DNA of 64,000 nt from an uncultured Parachlamydiaceae bacterium (GTDB lineage: Bacteria; Chlamydiota; Chlamydiia; Chlamydiales; Parachlamydiaceae): NCBI GenBank assembly GCA_963742415.1, contig CAVULX010000004.1, positions 1,272,766-1,336,765 of the forward strand, read 5' to 3'. Positions 41,168 to 51,151 of the stretch are shown in pieces. The notes beneath the pieces are model-generated. The model worked only from the letters and a program-made list of their open reading frames with translations. It did no database searches and was not told where the DNA came from. Numbering within the stretch: the stretch's first letter is position 1; every line of letters begins with the position of its first letter. Both the position numbers and the translations under genes were made by a program.

Positions 41168-42114
41168 TGTGGAAAAACAGATACCAGCCTCCTAATAGAG
41201 CAGATTGGCAAGGCCGGACAGACGCCCCCCGCTTCCACACCACCATCCAATTGGCGGATTTAAATGAAGATTTCCCCTACCAAATAGAAGGGTTTGCCCT
41301 TGTCGGTTTTGCTTGCGATGAAGGAATCAAACGGAACTTAGGACGTCCGGGAGCTGCTGAGGGTCCTCAAGCCATTCGAAGAGCACTCGCAAAACTTCCT
41401 ATCCACCACTCTTCCCTCCTTTGGGATGTGGGCACAGTCACCTGTTTCGACGGAAACCTGGAGGAAGCCCAACAAGCCTTAAGCCAAATCGTGTCTTCAT
41501 TGCTGTCGAGACATTTAATCCCTATTGTTCTAGGAGGGGGGCATGAAGTCGCTTGGGGAAGCTTTCAGGGGATTTTTGCAGCTCTTCCTCATCAACAGGT
41601 TTCCATCGTTAATTTCGATGCCCATTACGATCTTCGGCCTCTGGTTGATGGGAAAGGAAATTCAGGTACCTCTTTCACACAAATCGCCCATTTTTTACAC
41701 GCACAAAGAAAACCGTTTGATTACACCTGCATTGGAATTCAAAGATTGGGAAATTCCGCGTCTTTATTTGAGCAAGCGCAAAAGTTAAATGTCACCACTC
41801 TCTTTGCGGACGAGTTTCACGAAGGGGGAGCGGAAAAAGCCGAGTGCTTAATTGAAGAGATCATCACCCGCTCAGAGAAGATTTATGTCTCTTTATGCCT
41901 GGATGTCATCGCCGCTCCTTTCGCTCCCGGAGTCAGCGCGCCTCAGCCGCTGGGTGTTCTCCCCTGGCATCTGCTCCCCCTTTTGCGCCGTTTGGCAGAA
42001 TCAAATAAAATCGTCTGTTTTGATATTGCTGAACTCTCCCCGTCCCACGACCGGGATAACCTCACAGCTCAGCTCGCGGCGAGCTTTTTAGCTACATTGC
42101 TAGAGAATAATTAA
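41164..42114 (+). CDS. hutG: Formimidoylglutamase (arginase family)
   Basis: WQGR, GGGHE, NFDAHYDLR, DV..APGVSAP, in hut operon context. Confidence 0.95.
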   Translation: MMWKNRYQPPNRADWQGRTDAPRFHTTIQLADLNEDFPYQIEGFALVGFACDEGIKRNLGRPGAAEGPQAIRRALAKLPIHHSSLLWDVGTVTCFDGNLEEAQQALSQIVSSLLSRHLIPIVLGGGHEVAWGSFQGIFAALPHQQVSIVNFDAHYDLRPLVDGKGNSGTSFTQIAHFLHAQRKPFDYTCIGIQRLGNSASLFEQAQKLNVTTLFADEFHEGGAEKAECLIEEIITRSEKIYVSLCLDVIAAPFAPGVSAPQPLGVLPWHLLPLLRRLAESNKIVCFDIAELSPSHDRDNLTAQLAASFLATLLENN

Positions 42115-42142
42115 CTATTGCCGCCAAAAGTGGAGAGGTAAA

Positions 42143-42535
42143 CTATCTGCTTTTGCACATTATTTGACGCACTTGCATTATCGCTTCAGGGTGTTTTATC
42201 CATGAAGCCACATCTGTAGGAAGATATATACGCGTCTTTTGTTCTTTCTTTGACCCAAGAGGTCTTCCTGCACCTTCTCGCTTCCCCCCCCTTCCTTTTG
42301 TTTCTTGCTCTGTGAGAGAATTCAGGTTGTTATTGAGTCTTTCCTTGATAAATTCACGAAGATAAAGGGGATAATTTTTTATTACTTCTTCTTTTGAATC
42401 TCCTGCATACTCCACTGGATAAGAAAGATGATGAAATATCCAGTTTTTAAATTTTCTATCATACCAAGGCTTGATTTCTCCAACTTCATGGAGGGCAATA
42501 TTTAAATGCTCTTTTATTTCTTTTGCGGTGGCCAC
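42143..42535 (-). CDS. Putative HicB-like antitoxin / DNA-binding protein
   Basis: YAGDSKEEVIKN resembles HicB 'GxTxEEA'; C-terminal RGGKREGAGRP. Confidence 0.55.
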   Translation of the reverse strand: MATAKEIKEHLNIALHEVGEIKPWYDRKFKNWIFHHLSYPVEYAGDSKEEVIKNYPLYLREFIKERLNNNLNSLTEQETKGRGGKREGAGRPLGSKKEQKTRIYLPTDVASWIKHPEAIMQVRQIMCKSR

Positions 42536-42732
42536 GATAGACCTCTTTTTTTAAATTCTTGTTCTGTTTTTTGGACACTATAGGCGATAACTTCTTGTTT
42601 TGTTTTCTTGCCATGGACTATCTTGATTGCACAAATGAATGTTCCTTTGTCATCAATAAGCTTATAGTCAATACTGCCTTTGACCAAATGCCAGCCGGCT
42701 ATTTTTAGGTATTTACGATAAGTCTTTTTCAT
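42514..42732 (-). CDS. Putative HicA-like toxin
   Basis: 72-aa basic protein, LKIAGWHLVKGS...IVHG, lying upstream of and overlapping the antitoxin-like gene. Confidence 0.5.
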   Translation of the reverse strand: MKKTYRKYLKIAGWHLVKGSIDYKLIDDKGTFICAIKIVHGKKTKQEVIAYSVQKTEQEFKKRGLSWPPQKK

Positions 42733-42928
42733 CTAGTGGCTTGTATGGCATTTGCAGTCCTTAATATTGAAATTTTAGATTATTTGGGATAAAAAATCAA
42801 ACTAAAAAAAATAAATTTAATCTTATAAAATTGCTCGATTTTATCTAATTTCTTTGTTGTTGTTTTTAATGTTATAAATAATTATAATAAATCTTTATTA
42901 TAATTTAATAATTTTATCAAGGTTAATT

Positions 42929-45811
42929 ATGACTAATATTGGTTTAAGCATCTCACAAAAATGTCTTAATTTCTTTTCGTATGCTGCCTACCTTCCCCTT
43001 TCTTGCGCCTCTTCCCTTTGGAATCTGGCAAAAAAAGTGGCTAAGACCGTGCATTTTAAACAGCATGAACCTGAGAAAAGATCTGAAGAAGCTGATCACA
43101 TTTATTCTTTACTCAAACCAATAACTCCTACAGGAGCACCTTCCCCAACTCCCCTTCTTGATCATGGAGAAATGGACCTGAAAAATCTAGGCAAACCTCA
43201 AAAGCTTACGACAAAAGAAGTGACTGATTTAAGCAAACCTTCAGACAAAATGCGAGTGCTTGTTAAACAGCTAACAACCACCATTTCTGCCGTTGCCTCT
43301 CCCGTATTGGCTAATGAGGCCTTCCTCTCTTTTGTTGGAACGATGACTGACGAAGCGACAGAGAGCTTCACGTCCGGTTTTTCTCAACTTGAATTGTATC
43401 GTTTATTTATAGGAGTGCTCACCTATTTCAAAGCAGAAACCGAGGCGCATAACAAAGCAAACAAAGATGAATTCTATAAAACAGAAATGAATCGAATATC
43501 AGAATTAAAAAAATTTCTTCAAGAAAACGAAAGATACTTGCCCAAAAATAACAGTGAAAAAATCAAAGATAAAGACGAAGAAAGCGTATTAGCAGAAAAA
43601 GAGAAAGATATAGATGAAGGAAGCGGATTAGACGATAAAGAGATAGACAGCCATCTTGACTCTTCAATGGAAGGTAGTTGTAATAAGATCGAAAAAACTA
43701 ATGATGATGAATCCACTCTAAAAATCAAAGAAGCAAAAGAATCACTGCGTAAAATGACCGAAATCGGTAAGCGTTTAATGTTTCATGAAATTTACTGCAA
43801 GGAATACAACACAGCTATTTCCCAAGGAAACAATACTAAAGAAGCTAATAAAGCGGCCCTTCAAGTTATACAGGAAAAAAATACTACTTGGGGAAAAGAA
43901 GACGAAAATGAAGCCCATGATTATTATTTACAATATTGCTATATAGCGAAAATTTTTGAAGAGAATCAGAAATCCACAACCTTTGAAGGGAAAGTCGCAA
44001 CAGCAGATGTTAAAGAATTATTCAAAAAACTGCTTTCCTCTCCAGATGAATTCCATACCGCATATAATCAGTATCTTGAACAAATCAGTGATCGCCTAGT
44101 TGCTCTCGTCTTTAAAATATTTTCGCCGGTGCTTGATAAACTGCCATCAGCACTGGATGAGAAGTCACTATCTGATAAGTTCATATTCCCGTTGTTGGTT
44201 GATATTTTAAAACCGCATGTCAACGAAAAAAGCGAGACTATAGCAAGGATTTTAATCAACCTCTTAAAACCCACCCTTATCGCTCTTTCGAAAGAAATCA
44301 TAAATGGCACAAAAGATGGTGACTTAAAAAAAGAAATCTTGGTCCCGCAGCTCAAAAAAATTTTTGTAAGCCTTCTTGAAATTGGAGTCGACCCTGGCAA
44401 GCTGAACCAGTTATTTACAAACTCTATCTACCCGATTGTCAATCAGGAGCTAGCTTCTGCTTATTGCAACTCTATTGTTAAAGCAAAATGGCTCGATTGT
44501 GTTTCTCTTTTATGGGGGTATACTTTTACCCAGGACAAAACGAAAAAAAGGGAAATTAGAGTTCGATTGTCCAAAATATTAAAAGAAGCATTGGACAAAA
44601 CACCTGTAAAAGATAAATTTTCTATAGAACAATTAGACTCTTTTGCACATTCTATTTTAAAGAATGCAAAAAAGGAAAGATTAGTTCTCAAAACATTTTT
44701 AGAAAATGGTTTAGATGATTCTAATTTTTATGAAGCCAAAGTTCTAGATTTAATTAATACTAAAGATCTTCAAAAGAAAGTTGATTTTAGAAAGCAAATT
44801 TGTGCTAAACTCTATACACTTCTTCCAGACGAATTTAAAATTAATATCATTCCCAAAGCCTCAGTAGAAAGCAAGGAAATGAATACAGATTCTGATAAGA
44901 ACTCCATACGACTTTTCCAGCAGCATGCGATCCCATTAATTGAGAAAATCGAAACATTCTTCGAAAAAAACAACAAAAAGAGCGGTCTCACCATCTATAA
45001 TGTAGGAAAAGAAATTAAAGCAGCTCTGAATGATCAAAACGAATATACAGTAAATCCATTGTATGGTGATTTGATTATGAATGTTGTCTTTAATTTTGGC
45101 GAATTTGCACCAACTATAATGTCGTGGTTGCCAGGATTTATCGCCGAAGTACTTAAGAATGACATTAATCAAGGCTTAAGTAGTGCCATAGATCCCCTCA
45201 TGAGTTCACCAGATAAACTAGGATCAGTCATTAATGGAGCTTTGGAAAGCCAGTTTTCCAATAAAGAGAAAACGGGTCTAGACCCTGAAAAAGTCAAAAC
45301 TACCATTTTCCCAAGCCAAGTTACTGAGGGATCGTCAACCACGAATCAAGAAAAAAATACAACTGCCAAGGGGGAAATCCTTTTGCTCTCACAGCTTGCT
45401 CATGCTCTAACCATGCAAAAAATTGAAATGAATAGTGGAGGGATAGGAAAACTTGCCGCAAAAAAAGTTGTTCTGGGAGAAGACTCAAACGATATTAATA
45501 AATTGATTTTAAAGGTGCATAAAACCTTTTTCGGCAACTGCTTAATCAATTTGAATCGAATAGGATCTATTGCAAACATTGTTTTGGAGGAGATCAATTC
45601 GTCTTTCGAAAAAGCAAATGGTTCGACGAGCCAGAATGTCATGAACTTTTCCATGATGGGAAGTTTAAATCTACCCAAAATAGAAGGCGAAGGCAAAGAA
45701 AAAGTGTTTGAAGTATCAGAAGAAAAAGAAAAAGAAGTAAAAGAATTAAAAGAAAATGAAAAAGAAACTGATGATCTAAAAACTGATGGAACAGAACAAG
45801 ACGAAACTTAA
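42929..45811 (+). CDS. Large hypothetical protein (960 aa), effector-like
   Basis: Long AT-rich ORF with an S/T/P-rich N-terminal region and acidic tail; no recognised motif. Confidence 0.8.
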   Translation: MTNIGLSISQKCLNFFSYAAYLPLSCASSLWNLAKKVAKTVHFKQHEPEKRSEEADHIYSLLKPITPTGAPSPTPLLDHGEMDLKNLGKPQKLTTKEVTDLSKPSDKMRVLVKQLTTTISAVASPVLANEAFLSFVGTMTDEATESFTSGFSQLELYRLFIGVLTYFKAETEAHNKANKDEFYKTEMNRISELKKFLQENERYLPKNNSEKIKDKDEESVLAEKEKDIDEGSGLDDKEIDSHLDSSMEGSCNKIEKTNDDESTLKIKEAKESLRKMTEIGKRLMFHEIYCKEYNTAISQGNNTKEANKAALQVIQEKNTTWGKEDENEAHDYYLQYCYIAKIFEENQKSTTFEGKVATADVKELFKKLLSSPDEFHTAYNQYLEQISDRLVALVFKIFSPVLDKLPSALDEKSLSDKFIFPLLVDILKPHVNEKSETIARILINLLKPTLIALSKEIINGTKDGDLKKEILVPQLKKIFVSLLEIGVDPGKLNQLFTNSIYPIVNQELASAYCNSIVKAKWLDCVSLLWGYTFTQDKTKKREIRVRLSKILKEALDKTPVKDKFSIEQLDSFAHSILKNAKKERLVLKTFLENGLDDSNFYEAKVLDLINTKDLQKKVDFRKQICAKLYTLLPDEFKINIIPKASVESKEMNTDSDKNSIRLFQQHAIPLIEKIETFFEKNNKKSGLTIYNVGKEIKAALNDQNEYTVNPLYGDLIMNVVFNFGEFAPTIMSWLPGFIAEVLKNDINQGLSSAIDPLMSSPDKLGSVINGALESQFSNKEKTGLDPEKVKTTIFPSQVTEGSSTTNQEKNTTAKGEILLLSQLAHALTMQKIEMNSGGIGKLAAKKVVLGEDSNDINKLILKVHKTFFGNCLINLNRIGSIANIVLEEINSSFEKANGSTSQNVMNFSMMGSLNLPKIEGEGKEKVFEVSEEKEKEVKELKENEKETDDLKTDGTEQDET

Positions 45812-45863
45812 AGATAATAAAAAGAACAAAAACTTTTAACTGATTAATACACACTTTAAAGAA

Positions 45864-46433
45864 ATGACAACGCCAAATCATTCTAAACAAACAAACGTCG
45901 CAGCGTTGAGAACCTCTGGAGAAAAAATCTCCATACGCGCTCCCTTTTTTGCCATAGTTCTCATCGTTACATTGTCCAATTATCTTGTTCAATTTCCCAT
46001 TAATGACTGGCTCACATGGGGGGCTTTTTCTTATCCTATTTCTTTTTTGGTCACTGAATTGACGAACAGATTTTATGGCCCTCGTACTGCCCGCCATGTC
46101 GTTTATATTGGTTTTGCTGTAGCTGTGGGACTGTCAGTCTGGCTCTCCACCCCAAAGATTGCCTTCGCTTCGGGAGCAGCTTTTTTATTGTCGCAACTTC
46201 TCGACATCTCGGTTTTTAATCAACTGCGCAGAGGTGCATGGTGGCAAGCGCCGCTGTTTGCTTCTATCTTAGCTTCCCTCATCGATACCCTCCTTTTTTG
46301 GAGTTTGGCTTTTTGGGGGGAAGACGTCCCTTTATATTCCTGGGCTTTAGGTGATTTCTTGGTCAAATTGGCTGTCGATCTTGTCATGCTGACTCCTTTC
46401 CGGATTGCAGTTCGCCAGATTCCCACAAATTAA
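45864..46433 (+). CDS. VUT-family queuosine precursor transporter (YhhQ-like)
   Basis: SNYLVQ, TWGAFSYP..FLVTE, SQLLDISVF, DTLLF. Confidence 0.88.
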   Translation: MTTPNHSKQTNVAALRTSGEKISIRAPFFAIVLIVTLSNYLVQFPINDWLTWGAFSYPISFLVTELTNRFYGPRTARHVVYIGFAVAVGLSVWLSTPKIAFASGAAFLLSQLLDISVFNQLRRGAWWQAPLFASILASLIDTLLFWSLAFWGEDVPLYSWALGDFLVKLAVDLVMLTPFRIAVRQIPTN

Positions 46434-46537
46434 TCTCTTTGAAAACTTACGCAGATCATTGTTTCTTTCTTGACAGCAGCGAAGATCTATGTTCAAATCA
46501 CCTCCGATTTTAATCTCTATTTCTACGAGAAACTCCT

Positions 46538-47563
46538 ATGATTGCGATCGAACCAAAAGGGCGCTGGATTCTCCTCCTCATGTTGCTGCTTTTTTGCAAT
46601 AGCTGCATGTGCCCCTATAAATTTATGCCTAAGCCCAATCCTCCTCCGCTACCCCCTATCTATGTGCCGCAAAAAATCAAGGTGGCATTAGTGCTTGGAA
46701 GCGGTGGTGTGCGAGGAATGGCCCATGTAGGAGTTTTAGAGGAATTGTGCAAAGCTGGGATCTCCTTTGATCTGATCGTTGGGTGCAGCGCAGGAAGCAT
46801 TGTGGGTGCCTTATATGCCGATAATCCCGACATCGAACATGTGAAATGCGCCGTTGGAAGCATGAAAGCCGATTCGATGGTCGATATCAATTTATGGGAA
46901 TGCCGTTACGGTTTATCCCAAGGGAAGTCCTTAAAAAAAATGTTGGATGCTAACCTGGATGCCGCCTGTTTTGAAGAATTGAAAATTCCCCTCATTATTG
47001 TAGCTACAGACCTTTATTCGGGTGAGCTTGTGCCGATCGGTTCAGGAGATCTAATTAACGCGGTGAAAGCCTCTTGCTCTATTCCTTTTGTATTTGTCCC
47101 CACCGAACTCAACGGGCGGGTCTTTGTTGATGGGGGGTGCATCAATCCGGTACCTGTCGTAGTGGCAGAAAATCTGGGCGCCGATCTCATTATCGCGGTG
47201 GACTTATGCGAACTGCTGCCTACAACATTTCCTACCAACCTTTTTGGAGTGGCCAAACGGAGTGCAGAAATTGCGTTCTTATGGCAAAATCAAATTTGCA
47301 CAAGAAACGCAGATGTCATTATTCGGCCTAAGATGTGTGAAATTGGGACTTTTAACGATAAAAGCCGGCAACAATTGTATGAGGCTGGCCAGGAAGCCGC
47401 CCGGGACGCAATTCCCCGTATTAAAGAGCTGCTGGCCTCTATATCAGACGACTGCAACTCGTCGGATAGCTCACTCCGTCAAGTTCAATTAACTTGCTAT
47501 AATGTGGATAATCCGATTATTGCAAAGGAATTTGGGGTGGAAGATGAAGAGAAAGAGGATTAA
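46538..47563 (+). CDS. Patatin-like phospholipase (probable lipoprotein)
   Basis: GSGGVRG, GCSAG (GxSxG), DGG; signal peptide with Cys. Confidence 0.93.
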   Translation: MIAIEPKGRWILLLMLLLFCNSCMCPYKFMPKPNPPPLPPIYVPQKIKVALVLGSGGVRGMAHVGVLEELCKAGISFDLIVGCSAGSIVGALYADNPDIEHVKCAVGSMKADSMVDINLWECRYGLSQGKSLKKMLDANLDAACFEELKIPLIIVATDLYSGELVPIGSGDLINAVKASCSIPFVFVPTELNGRVFVDGGCINPVPVVVAENLGADLIIAVDLCELLPTTFPTNLFGVAKRSAEIAFLWQNQICTRNADVIIRPKMCEIGTFNDKSRQQLYEAGQEAARDAIPRIKELLASISDDCNSSDSSLRQVQLTCYNVDNPIIAKEFGVEDEEKED

Positions 47564-47589
47564 TAATAAAACACTACATTCAATATCTT

Positions 47590-47901
47590 ATGAAAAAGAA
47601 AGATCTGTTCGATCCAAAAGCAAATGAAAAAAAAGGGTGGACCAATTTTTTAAAACTGTGCACCCACATAAATTCGGCAAAAGAACTTGATGAATTCTTT
47701 CATTGTATTTTGACGATTGAAGAGCGGGAAACCATCTCTTCACGCTATTTAATTATCAAGGCCCTCTTAGAAGGGAAGCTGACTCAAAGGGAAATTGCGG
47801 AACAACACAAGGTAAGCATTTCCCAAATTACTCGGGGATCCAATGCATTGAAAATCATCAGCCCCAAATTGAGGGACATTTTAACAAAGTCGATGCTCTA
47901 A
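47590..47901 (+). CDS. trpR: Trp repressor
   Basis: LTIEERETISSR..IIKALL, HTH TQREIA....SISQITRGSNALK. Confidence 0.9.
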   Translation: MKKKDLFDPKANEKKGWTNFLKLCTHINSAKELDEFFHCILTIEERETISSRYLIIKALLEGKLTQREIAEQHKVSISQITRGSNALKIISPKLRDILTKSML

Positions 47902-47915
47902 TTAGCCTAAAGATT

Positions 47916-48276
47916 AAACGCAAAGTACGCAAAGCTAAGAAAAAACCACAGAGCCAGTGAGAGCACTGAGAACGTTTGAGATCGGTGAGAAAATACGAGA
48001 ATTGGAGGAGGGCAACAGGATAAGCATGATCGTAAACGGCAGGATGAACAGGATATTGTATAAAAAGGTTCAGGATATAATTAAATTTAAACGATTTTAA
48101 AGAAGAATAATTTTTTTTCTTTTATCCTGATTATCCTGCCGTTTACGATCATGCTTATCCTGTTCTGTTGCCCTCTTCAAATTTTCCTATTTTCTCACCG
48201 ATCTCAAACATTCTCAGTGATCTCACTGGCTCTGTGGTTTTTTTTTGTTCTTTGCGTTCTTTTCGTCTTTGAGTTT
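47916..48276. mobile_element. Three-layer nested inverted-repeat element
   Basis: Outer AAACGCAAAG-type arms (47916/48276), middle AACCACAGAG-type arms (47944/48239), inner AACAGGATAAGC-type element (48014-48164). Confidence 0.85.
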
Positions 48277-48278
48277 GG

Positions 48279-48719
48279 TTATCGAAGCTTTTTAATTATG
48301 AGTATGACAGCTTGGCGGGATTCGTCAATAGCTTGGCTGGTTTGTTCTAGGCTCTCTTCATCTTCTTTAATTTTTGAAACATTCGTTTTCCACACATCAA
48401 TGAGATGATTGACTTTATCAGGGACAGGTTGAGGCAAGAGTTGCGCTAAATCACCCGCCAACGTCACGTACCCCCAAGCGACAAAAGAATTACCCATCGG
48501 ATTTGTAGGTTGGTAGTGGATGTAATTGATTGTAATTTGCAGCTCGCCCAAATTTTTTAATACTTCGAATGCTGCAACTCTTAAATTGCGGTTTCTTTCA
48601 GTGACTTCTTCCCGCCATGCCGTATAAAGCAATGCAAGAATAGCAATGATCAAACTGATAATTGCCACAGAGTGTCGCTTGATTTGAGAAGAAAAATGGG
48701 TGTTCATAAGCCCATGCAC
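48279..48719 (-). CDS. Hypothetical membrane-anchored protein
   Basis: N-terminal TM (VAIISLIIAILALLY), helical remainder. Confidence 0.7.
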   Translation of the reverse strand: MHGLMNTHFSSQIKRHSVAIISLIIAILALLYTAWREEVTERNRNLRVAAFEVLKNLGELQITINYIHYQPTNPMGNSFVAWGYVTLAGDLAQLLPQPVPDKVNHLIDVWKTNVSKIKEDEESLEQTSQAIDESRQAVILIIKKLR

Positions 48720-48766
48720 AAGTAGGTTTACTTGTAATTCACGATACGGGATCCCAAATTTTATCG

Positions 48767-49702
48767 CTAGTCTTCAAGCACTGTTTCTTCCTTTCGAGGA
48801 GAAAGTTTGGCTAATATAGGTTTTAAATTAATCACTTCATTCACAATCGCTAAACCCAAAAAGATCAAGAAAGAGGCCAGAAGTCCTCCCCATGACAAAG
48901 ATTCCCCCAAGAAAACAAAACCTAATAGCATCCCGCAAACAGGGAAAAAGCAAGCCACCATAGAGATCGCCGTGGGCCCACAGTGATCCAATAACTTATA
49001 ATAAATAATAAAGGCCAAGATGGTGCCAAAAAGACTTAAGCCAAGCACTCCCATGATCGCTTTTACGGAAGGCATAGCAAGCGACAAAGGGTCCTCATAA
49101 ATAAACGCTAATGGAATCAACATCAAAGCTGAGCATAACAATTGTGAAGTGGGGGCGACAAAAGGAGCAAAGCCGACTTGATATTTTTTTCCGTACACAT
49201 GGCTTACGGCATAACAAAAGGCCGCTGTGGCAGCCGCTCCCATGCCGTATAAAGTCCCATTGAGCCCCCCAGCAATATTGGGAGCAAACAATAGCAATAA
49301 ACCGACGACACCTAGACTGATCCCGACCACCTTTTGTGCATGGAGCCGATCGGAAGGCAAAAATCTGTGTGCTAGAAGAGCTGTAAACATGGGGCTGCAA
49401 CCATTCAATATGGCTGCCAAAGCACTTTCTATCGTTTGCTCCGCATAGCAAAAAAGGCAAAAAGGGACAACAGAAGCAAAAAATGCCATCGCAGCTGAAT
49501 GGATCCAAAAAGTCAAATCAGTAGGCAAGCGCCCTTTTCTAAAAAAAAGAATGAGGGATAAGATAACGGCAGCAATCGAGACACGGACCATCGCTACAGT
49601 GATCGGCGATATCTCAGCAACAGCCAATTTTATAAACAGAAAGGATGGGCTCCACATGGCTGTCAATGCCATAATTAAAAAAAGGCGGCGGATGGGACTC
49701 AT
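48767..49702 (-). CDS. DMT/EamA-family transporter
   Basis: About 10 TM helices in two EamA repeats; WSPSF and LGE motifs. Confidence 0.92.
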   Translation of the reverse strand: MSPIRRLFLIMALTAMWSPSFLFIKLAVAEISPITVAMVRVSIAAVILSLILFFRKGRLPTDLTFWIHSAAMAFFASVVPFCLFCYAEQTIESALAAILNGCSPMFTALLAHRFLPSDRLHAQKVVGISLGVVGLLLLFAPNIAGGLNGTLYGMGAAATAAFCYAVSHVYGKKYQVGFAPFVAPTSQLLCSALMLIPLAFIYEDPLSLAMPSVKAIMGVLGLSLFGTILAFIIYYKLLDHCGPTAISMVACFFPVCGMLLGFVFLGESLSWGGLLASFLIFLGLAIVNEVINLKPILAKLSPRKEETVLED

Positions 49703-49768
49703 TAAGAACCTCTGTGCTAGGATTTAATATTCAGACGTTATGTGTAATTTTTTTATAACCTTATGAAT

Positions 49769-51151
49769 TTATTGCTGCTGCAAACTCAGTTGCCCATCAA
49801 CAACATCTTCCGGATTTTTGCTAAAATAGGCGTCTGTTTCTGAAACGACTTCTTTGGAAAGCCCTGCAATGCCGATCATGTTAATGACAAGCAAAGCTGT
49901 CACACATATATCAGCTAATACCCATACAATGTTGACATCGAGAAGCGCACCCAGCGGGATGGCAATAATATACAACACCTTGGCCCATTTCGCCGCCCGC
50001 GGCCCCCCTAAAAATTCAGCTGCTTTTTCTGCGCAGCATCCCCACGCTAACACGGTTGTATAGCCAAAAAGGAGGAGGCAAAAAATCACAATATAAGCCC
50101 CCACAGGACTACCAACACCCTCTGTAAAGGCATAGGTCACCATATTCGTGCTATGCAAATCCAATTGCTGCCAAGCGCCCGTTACTATCAACACCAATCC
50201 TGTTGTTGTACAAACAATCATCACCAATAAAGGAGCCACCAATGTGACAAGCCCATCGACCACAGGATGTGTCGTCCGCGCTCCCGATTGCAATATCGGC
50301 ACGATCCCTGTGCCGGCGTCTGTAGCAAAAATTCCACGATCAAAGCCTGAAGTAATGGCCTTCAAGACACTTATACCGACTATCCCCCCAAATACAGCTT
50401 GGGGATTAAGAGCGGCTGTAAGCATAATCCCAAAAGCTGGCAACACTTTATCGTATTGCATCAAGAGAATGAACAGGGCGGTGCCTAAATAAAGAACGGC
50501 TTTTAAAGGGATAAATAGTGAAGCAAATTTAGCTGTCCTTTGAAGCCCTCCCAGAGTCACTAAAGCCACACAAATGGCTACTAATACCCCGCAGATGAGG
50601 GGAGGAAAACCGAGATTTTCCAGAGGGAGCGCCATCGAATTGACCTGCACCATAATTCCAACCGTTAAGGCTCCAAAAAGGGTCAATAAGCTAAAAATGA
50701 TCGCAAGAGATCGGCAGCCTAAACCATGAAAAAGGTAATACATCGGGCCGCCGGCAAATTCATTTTTTGAATTTTTTGTCCGGTATTTGACCCCTAGCAA
50801 GCAGCTGGCATATTGGATCGCCCCCCCTAAAAAGGCCATGATCCACATCCATACAAGCGCCCCCGGGCCTCCCGTGGCCATGGCAACCGCCATTCCCGAG
50901 ATGTTGCCTGTTCCAAAATTTCCAGCCAAAACCGCTGACATCGCTTCAAAATGGCTCATATTTCCTTCAGATTCTTTCTTCTTACGCATTAAATTGGAAA
51001 AGCCAAGCTTGATTTTAGTGATTTGAATAAAACGGAGCTTAAAGGTCAGATAAAGCCCCAAAAACACCATGGCAGGAAAGACGCAAAACAGCGTAAACAT
51101 CTCATTAAATCCGCTCAGAAATGCTTTCAGATTTATATCCATAATTTTCAC
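49769..51151 (-). CDS. Alanine/glycine:cation symporter (AGCS)
   Basis: GTGNISG, GGPGALVWMW, GGPMYY, QVNS. Confidence 0.94.
   Translation of the reverse strand: MKIMDINLKAFLSGFNEMFTLFCVFPAMVFLGLYLTFKLRFIQITKIKLGFSNLMRKKKESEGNMSHFEAMSAVLAGNFGTGNISGMAVAMATGGPGALVWMWIMAFLGGAIQYASCLLGVKYRTKNSKNEFAGGPMYYLFHGLGCRSLAIIFSLLTLFGALTVGIMVQVNSMALPLENLGFPPLICGVLVAICVALVTLGGLQRTAKFASLFIPLKAVLYLGTALFILLMQYDKVLPAFGIMLTAALNPQAVFGGIVGISVLKAITSGFDRGIFATDAGTGIVPILQSGARTTHPVVDGLVTLVAPLLVMIVCTTTGLVLIVTGAWQQLDLHSTNMVTYAFTEGVGSPVGAYIVIFCLLLFGYTTVLAWGCCAEKAAEFLGGPRAAKWAKVLYIIAIPLGALLDVNIVWVLADICVTALLVINMIGIAGLSKEVVSETDAYFSKNPEDVVDGQLSLQQQ

Noticed and set aside
45812..45863. preQ1 riboswitch upstream of the YhhQ-like transporter
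   Set aside because: The short AT-rich spacer has no recognisable stem or conserved preQ1 loop.
48151..48408. 85-aa hydrophobic ORF (similarly 16539-16721, 26851-27054, 32077-32268)
   Set aside because: These are translations of repeat arms, or antisense to real genes.
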